Assembly (NCBI RefSeq): GCF_009914755.1
Contig: NC_060935.1
Source: the human T2T-CHM13v2.0 reference genome, Homo sapiens
Direction: 5' to 3' (one strand)
Length of the DNA stretch: 64,000 nucleotides
The notes beneath the pieces are model-generated. The model was not told the origin of the DNA and did no database searches. It saw only the letters and a list, made by a program, of their open reading frames with translations. Position 1 is the first letter of the stretch; each line of letters starts with the position of its first letter. Shown in pieces: positions 57,095 to 64,000 of this stretch. The translations under genes were made by a program, and so were the position numbers.

Positions 57095-57320
57095 GCAAAT
57101 AGCAGTAGCATTTATTGAGCACTTAGTATATACTAAATATTGGACTAGGTTGTTGATAACCATTATCTTAAACCTAATTGCAGTCCCATGAAGTAGGTGT
57201 AGTTTTTCCCATTTTATAGATGAGCTGAGACTCAGAAAGGTTAACTTACTTGCTCAAGGTCACCCAACTAGGAAATGAGAGAATCAAGGTTTGTTTGACT
57301 CCAAAATCCAGGTACCTCTT
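57095..57320 (-). mobile_element. MIR SINE
   Basis: catttattgagcactta...cccattttatagatgag...ctcagaaaggttaacttacttgctcaaggtcac. Confidence 0.75.
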
Positions 57321-58149
57321 CGGACAGGACCTATACAATTCTGATCTCCTGATGAGTATGGGAAAGCATGAACAACCACACCTAGTGTTGTGTGTGGATT
57401 TAACCTGCACTACTTAATGGCGACATGGGAACCATCTAGTGCAGCTGCCTGTTTGTGTGCAAATATGAATGTATGTGTGTACTTATGAGCTGTGTATACA
57501 ATGTTTTTTTTTGCAAAAGCATGTAAATGAAGCACTCCTGAATGCTTGTACATCTGTATATGAGTGAGCGTGCACACATGCCTGGAGGTTGGGCAGAGGC
57601 AGTGACTGTACCCAAAGGGTAGGAGCGTGTGGAGGGAGGGAGCCCTTGGCTTACCTTTTCTTCAGCAGTGGTGATTTGGCTTCCGCTGCATTTTCTCTGT
57701 GGGTTGGAAAGATGAAAACTGCATGCACTTGTTATAGTGGTGTCTCTAAATGTTACTGTATGAGTGAGTATCTTGGGAGAAGAAAGACCATGTCCAGAAT
57801 ATCCTCCTCTGCACCAAGGACAGCCCTCCCATTGCACACAATCCCAGCTCCTCATCACAATCCTAATCCTCACAGGGCAGGGGAGAGAAACTGGTCAGGT
57901 AGGAAGATGCAGGGGAAGAAGCACATTGATGGCCAGAGCCGTGGGGAGGGCCAGGATGGCCTAGAAGAGTGAGTTCACTCAGCAGAGTTCCACCTGTGGA
58001 GAGGGCAGTGAGCCCCTGCTACTGCTCACCTCTTCTCCTAACTCCTGATGCACCCTGGTGCCTGATGGGGTCTGGACTCTGACGGGAGGCACTTCATCAT
58101 GATTTGGCAGTCCTTCTGACCTGGTAGGGATCCTCTGTTGCTCTTCCAG

Positions 58150-58264
58150 GCTGAAGTCGCCCAGCTGCAAGAACAGGTGGCCCTGAAAGATGCAGAAATT
58201 GAGCGTCTGCACAGCCAGCTCTCCCGGACAGCAGCTCTCCACAGTGAGAGTCACACAGAGAGAG
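58150..58264 (+). CDS. PPFIBP2: PPFIBP2 coding exon E (115 nt, phase 0-1): AEVAQLQEQVALKDAEIERLHSQLSRTAALHSESHTER(D)
   Basis: Acceptor ctcttccag ending 58149; donor GAG|gtgact at 58265; phase matches the next exon. Confidence 0.95.
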
Positions 58265-60657
58265 GTGACTAGCTTGACTCTGACAAAATGCAGTTGTCTG
58301 GGTCCCTGGGTCTACTCTTATAAGTGAGCATGTGTTTCTATAAATGAGTGTGCATATGTGCTTGTGTGTGTAGCCATGCTAATGGACATGCATGTATGTG
58401 TGCAAGCGTGGCCAAGTGAATGGATGCACCAGTTTGTGTGTTTGTGTGTGTCCCTATAATGCAGCGCTCTTGTGGAATCATTCCCATGGAACCCTCCCCT
58501 AACTAGAAGGTTTTTCTCAGATGCACAGAAGTTCTGTGCAGCCACCTCTGGAGCTTTTACTGAAAATGTAGGAAATACCTAACTCTTTCATTTGACTGAA
58601 AGGCCTTACTTTTGTGTCATCACCAAAGGGGAGGCTTTAGAAATTTACTCAGTCATTTCATGGATACCTGCCTGATGCCTGTATAAGGCCCTGAGACTAC
58701 AGAAACAAGTCAGTTCTTTTTCATTCTTGAGATTTCAAATCTTACTTCTCAGAAAGACCTTTCTTGGCCACCCTAACTCAAATAGGTGCTCCCAGTCCTA
58801 TTATTCTCTAATTCATCATCCTTCCTTTTTCCTGCCTAGCACTTATTATAACTTACCAGTGTTGTGTGTTATCCCCACTCAGGGGTAAGGACTATATTTT
58901 TCTTGTTTAAGAGCATATCTACAAAGCCCAGCACAATATTTGGCCCATTGTAGGATCCTAAGAAATACTTCTTGAATAAGTGAAAGGATGGTGAATGGTC
59001 CCTGAGGAGTTCAAGTCTTGCTGATCAAAAATAGAGGATAAATCCTCAACTACTGTAATGAACACATAAATCTTTATGGCTGTTTGCCATGTATACAAAG
59101 TGATCATACACCTTTCAACTTGTCCACTGACTACCAGGCTGCAGAGCAATGCCGAAGATCATATAGTCCTACGGATTGGTGCCACTACCTAGTCACATCC
59201 TGGCCTCAGCACTGCAAGCTTAGCTTGGATCCCCAGCTGGGGTGTGGAAGCCATGCAACAATGGCTTAGGCTGGAGAAGGAAATTAGTGATCAATGTGCT
59301 CGTCCCTCTCCGAGCTTTTCTCAGTGTCCGCCCAAGCCACTGGGTGTGTTGCCTACCTGCCAAGGCCTGCTTGTAGAGGCTGGGTTCTACTAAGACACCC
59401 TGGACTATCTCTGATGCTAAGCCTGGACAGAGAGTGCCCCATGCCACAACTTCTAGGCCAGGCAGCCTTCCCAGTCTACCCCTCCTCTTCCCACAGTCTA
59501 AGCCTCCCAGGCCCTACCCCACTCCATTACTGGGTACTTTCTAGAGCTGGTCCTTGGGTCATTTGCTGCCGAAGGTAGGTTCTGACCAGTGGATCAGGGT
59601 TGGCAGTCTTCATCTAGAGCTTACTGCCCTCCCCAGCAAAGTGAGCTGCAGAGCTGATGTTAGCTACCTAGAGCCTAAATAATGAGCAAGCAATTCTCCA
59701 CTTTATTCTGAAAATGAATCTCCACAACTATTTACACAAAGTCCATAGATCTACTGTTGCTATTCTTGTTAGATACAACAAGCATCCCAAAAGAAAATGG
59801 GAGGCCTATATATTTGTTCCCTTGTACTTTTTTTTTTTTATATAGACATCCCTATTCCCATTTAGGAAGAGGCATAGATCCTTCTTTGAACGATCTAGCT
59901 ATGTGCCAATTCCTAGAGTATCTGGCAAATGACCTCCAGCTTCCTTAGGCTCTTCAAAACAGTTAAGGAATCAACAGAGTCCCTCTTGGGTCCAAACTGA
60001 GAGAAGGCCTTGGATTTTCCACCACAGACCAACAGAGATTTCTCAGCCCATAGGGAAATTCTGGTTTATGATGAAATAAGATTGTTTATCCTCAACCCAG
60101 CATTTGCATATATGTATATATCCCAATACATCTAAACATTTGTTAGTCAATTTTGACTATATCATTTTAAATTAAGCCAAGTACCAACTCTTTTACATAA
60201 TTTTTATTTCCCAGTCTTCACTCAACTGTAGATTTTTTTAAATGTTAAATTCTCCTCTTCCTACAATTTGTCAGACTGTATGATTTTCTTCAAAGCCAGT
60301 CAGAAGCCCAGGTGCATGCCTACTCAAGTTGTAAAGGATAAAAATGTCTATATTCTTAGGAGATGTTGGTTTTGAAAGATTTTTGGCTTCCTCTGTCCTC
60401 TCGAGTACATGGGCATTTTGATTTTGCCCATAAATGTCTATAAAGAGAAGACAGAGTACTAGCTTCCTTCATTTAGTAGTCTAGCAAATATTTAAGGAGG
60501 CCGATTCTGTAGCAGACACCATCCCGGCCTCTTTAAAGAACTAAAGGAGCCATGTTCACATGGCAAGTCTTCATTTGAACTTGGGGGACATCATAGCAAG
60601 TGCGGATAGCTGTCTGTATTTATATAAATAATTATTTCTATACCTGAATTCTTTTAG

Positions 60658-60719
60658 ACCAAGAAATTCAACGTCTGAAAATGGGGATGGAAACTTTGCT
60701 GCTTGCCAATGAAGATAAG
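60658..60719 (+). CDS. PPFIBP2: PPFIBP2 coding exon F (62 nt, phase 1-0): (D)QEIQRLKMGMETLLLANEDK
   Basis: Acceptor ttcttttag ending 60657; donor AAG|gtaaga at 60720. Confidence 0.95.
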
Positions 60720-61831
60720 GTAAGATGGTCATTGGGTAGCCCTGTCTTTTCCATGCTTACATCCCTGGCTGTGTTTGGTCCCTGCTGGTCTCTGATATTC
60801 TGGACAGGACCATGCTTATCATGCCATTGACATAGGGATATGTCAGGAGAATGACTTGTGCCTTCTAGAGACTTGGCCTCAGCCACCTGTTTTTGGCTTT
60901 GATAACTGGAAAGTTTGTCTAAATGGAATCTCCTAAAGGCAGATTATAGCCCTGCCTGTTCCTGCTGGTGTGGGGGGAAAAAAATACTGCTGTGATCACT
61001 GCCAATATCATAGCTCCTGCTGGAACTCCTAGCACAACAGCCCACCAGTCTCCCATGTGCATGACCTGACAATAGAACCATCATAGAGACACTTGGCAGT
61101 ATGCAGTGCCTCAGTTTACCCTGCCATCTTATATCCTTCGCATCTAATTTCGGCACAGTCATAAATAGCCACCTCTATAAATAAAGAGTGCCTGGCTGGT
61201 ATAAACATCATCTCTGAGGATCACAACCCTGCATTTTACAGATGAGGAAACAGACTCAGAGTGCTTAAGTAATTTGGCCCAAGGTCAGGTAACTAGTAAA
61301 TAGCACAGCCAGCTTTCACACCCAAGTTTGTCTATGACCTGTGTGGTCTCCCAAGTTCCTTTCAAGGCCTTTGCCTTGAAAGAAACGATCTTCTCTGGGA
61401 ATTTCCTCTGTAGTATGAGGTATCTCAGACTCCTAGGGAACAAATGAGTATATTGAGATAAATATGACAGCTTTATTTTAGTCTTTTTTTGTGTCGCTCC
61501 AGAGGGCAACACTAGGACCAGAAGGCAGATTTCAATGGCCACTTCAGGAAGGTAGGGAGACAGTGAGTTTCGTGCTTCTGAAAATGTTTAAGCCCTGTGA
61601 AGGGTGTCTCAGATGACTCACAGTCTTCAGGTAGAGCGTGAATGCCTGCAGATGCCTATGAGGCAGACCACTGAAATCCCAGCTCTGTGGAATGGGGCCT
61701 GGACACTCTTTTCCTTTGGTTCCACGTGGGATTTCTTCTCCTTGTGCCAAGAACATAGCGTGGGTTCCAAAATGAAATCATCTGAGATGCCAGCATAGCA
61801 TTAATCTAAATCTCTACTTGCACTATGGCAG

Positions 61832-61907
61832 GACCGTCGGATAGAGGAGCTTACGGGGCTGTTAAACCAGTACCGGAAGGTAAAGGAGATTGTGATGGTC
61901 ACTCAAG
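61832..61907 (+). CDS. PPFIBP2: PPFIBP2 coding exon G (76 nt, phase 0-1): DRRIEELTGLLNQYRKVKEIVMVTQ(G)
   Basis: Acceptor ggcag ending 61831; donor AAG|gtaaga at 61908. Confidence 0.94.
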
Positions 61908-62686
61908 GTAAGAGCAAGGGCGATCCTACCGTTGTCTCTGAAAGATATTCCATCAGCTGTGTTAAAGCCAGGGGCAGTTCTGCTAGCAGCTGTTTCACCT
62001 CTGTTTCAGAGAAGACTCCCTACTGGAGAACAGAGCTGTTTAGACTTTTCTGCATGATGAGAACTTAGCAGTTGTTGATTTCCAGAAATACTACCAAATG
62101 GAAGTCAGCTTAGGGCCTTCAGGGACTATCCAGATCACCAAGAATATAAAGCTTGTGAATTCCCCACCCTTGGAAGGTCTCTTATGCATCTTCCCAGGAC
62201 ACGCCTTAGAGGCAGCAAGTGCAGTTAAACCTGGATCAAAAATCAACTCAGTGCCATCATTGGGGATTAGAGCTCATCCACCTCCTAGAAAATCTAAAGT
62301 TCCGCAGCAGACTCAGAGGGCCCTCTGGGAGCCTTCCTCGAGTTGCTGGGCCTGAGTTGCTATAGGAAGTCACAGGACAGAGAGAGCTGCTGTGTTTTAT
62401 ATTTGCTGCCCAGACTGAATGCAACATGCAAGCAGCATCAGGGTTCTTATGGGCATAGTGGTGCATGTGCCGGGCTGCCTTCATTGTTCATGCCATTGAC
62501 CTGGGCTCCCATCATAGATCCTGAGGAAGCAGCTGTTTCACAGCACAGGGCTGCTTTGAAGGATATTCAGGAACCTCTGATTCTGGCTGAGCTTCTGCTG
62601 CTTCTTGGGAAGAAGCCAAGCCTCTGCCAGGATGTGACTGACTGGTCACTGGCCAGGGCCTCTGCCAGCCCTCACACACAGCCCTC

Positions 62687-62984
62687 TTTTTTTTCTCTTT
62701 TTGAGATGGAGTGTTACTCTGTCACCCAGGTTGGAGTGCAGTGGCACAATCTCAGCTCACCGTAACCTCTGCCTCCCAAGTTTAAGCAATTCTTGTGCCT
62801 CAGCCTCCTGAGTAGCCGGGATTACAGGCACTGGCCACTATACCTGGCTAATTTTTGTATTTTTAGTGGAGATGGGGTTTCAACATGTTGACCAGGCTAG
62901 ACTCGAACTCCTGACCTTAAGTGATCCGCCTGCCTCAGCCTCCCAAAGTGCTGAGATTACAGGCGTGAGCCAAAGCACCTGGCC
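62687..62984 (-). mobile_element. Alu (AluS-type)
   Basis: Full antisense Alu; TSD cacagcc(c/a)tcttttt at 62677-62691 and 62986-63000. Confidence 0.94.
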
Positions 62985-63297
62985 TCACAGCCATCTTTTT
63001 AAGATCATGGGTCAAGTCACTCTCAGGGCCTTGATTGCCTATAGCTAAGGAGTGAGAGGTTTGGAGGCAGGGGTACATTACCTCTGTTCTGCAGATAAAC
63101 TTTGACCTTGAAATGATCCTGATGCCAGCCCTTGCTCAGATGCCCTGAAGAATCTTCAGAATCACACTCTTACTGTCCCTTTATATATTTCTTAGTCCTT
63201 CTTAATGAAGGAGAAACAATGTTAGAATTTTGTGGTACGATTATAGGTTTCTGAACATGAATTCAACAATTCAGTCTTACTACCTTAATGCTTGCAG

Positions 63298-63401
63298 GGC
63301 CTTCGGAGAGAACTCTCTCAATCAATGAAGAAGAACCGGAGGGAGGTTTCAGCAAGTGGAACGCTACAAATAAGGACCCTGAAGAATTATTTAAACAAGA
63401 G
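63298..63401 (+). CDS. PPFIBP2: PPFIBP2 coding exon H (104 nt, phase 1-0): (G)PSERTLSINEEEPEGGFSKWNATNKDPEELFKQE
   Basis: Acceptor cttgcag ending 63297; donor GAG|gtactg at 63402. Confidence 0.94.
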
Positions 63402-64000
63402 GTACTGTGTTTCCATCCATGACGTAGGGTTTCAGCAGGTCCTCCGAGCTTGCCCTGAGCTTGAGGGAGGATCTAGTCAGACACGTGTCAGGTGCACATC
63501 TTGGCAGGTGAATACTTAAATTAATATAGTGCCCCTCAGGCTGTGATGGGGATGGGCGAGCAAGAGGCTGAGGCTCTGGCCTGTGCTCTGGTTGGAGGCA
63601 GCATGGTGGATACTGGAACTTTCAAGGATAGGAGTTCTCCTTTTTAATCAGGCTCCTAGTTTATTTTTATCTTTTTTTTCTCTGGAATGTAAGCATAGAC
63701 CAAAGGTGATGTTTGATTTATCTACCACCCTTTCTCCAAGGTCTGCAGTAATGCCCGATACCCAGTAGAATTCAACAAATATTTGTTGAATGAACGAACA
63801 TGTCTTGCTCATTTAGAGGAATTAACTGCAACCTCTGAAATGCCGCATTCCTGCTTGACAGATACGCCCTTCAGCCCCTATAGCCAGGACACAGATTTTC
63901 CTTCTCATCTATTTCGTTTGTTTAAAATCTGGTCCTATTGTATGAATCTCTCTAGACTTAAGCTAGATACAAATAAACAAATAAACAAGACCTCAGGTGA

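Noticed and set aside
61877-61885. Internal donor AAG|gtaaag in exon G
   Set aside because: It would frameshift against exon H; the donor at 61908 is stronger and gives the expected protein.

Overview
This is primate (very likely human) genomic DNA lying entirely inside PPFIBP2 (liprin-beta-2), transcribed on the + strand. Eight canonical coding exons (25505-63401) splice in frame into the N-terminal coiled coil (SQVNHHS...ELFKQE), which matches the liprin-beta-2 sequence as I recall it. The rest is intron with Alu, MIR, L2, L1, CR1/L3, MER DNA-transposon and MSTA LTR relics and simple repeats. There are no prokaryotic-type systems, RNA genes or CRISPR arrays, and I cannot claim a wholly new biological system. 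The best leads are four. (1) Three short phase-0 alternative first coding exons (MDGDIDVYKHFSWLKR, MSSEQWPRLPGK, MGKLITRMWKLLRRRSAPK) enter the coiled coil at successively later exons; the third is built from the antisense strand of an L2 endonuclease fossil and reads as a myristoylation plus basic motif. (2) A hidden coiled-coil-encoding exon at 49485 ends in a stop. (3) Two independent left-left-right trimeric Alus and one internally deleted Alu all break at the CCTGTAATCCCAGC core. (4) There are several templated-insertion repair scars. Repeat family names and boundaries were assigned by eye and are approximate.
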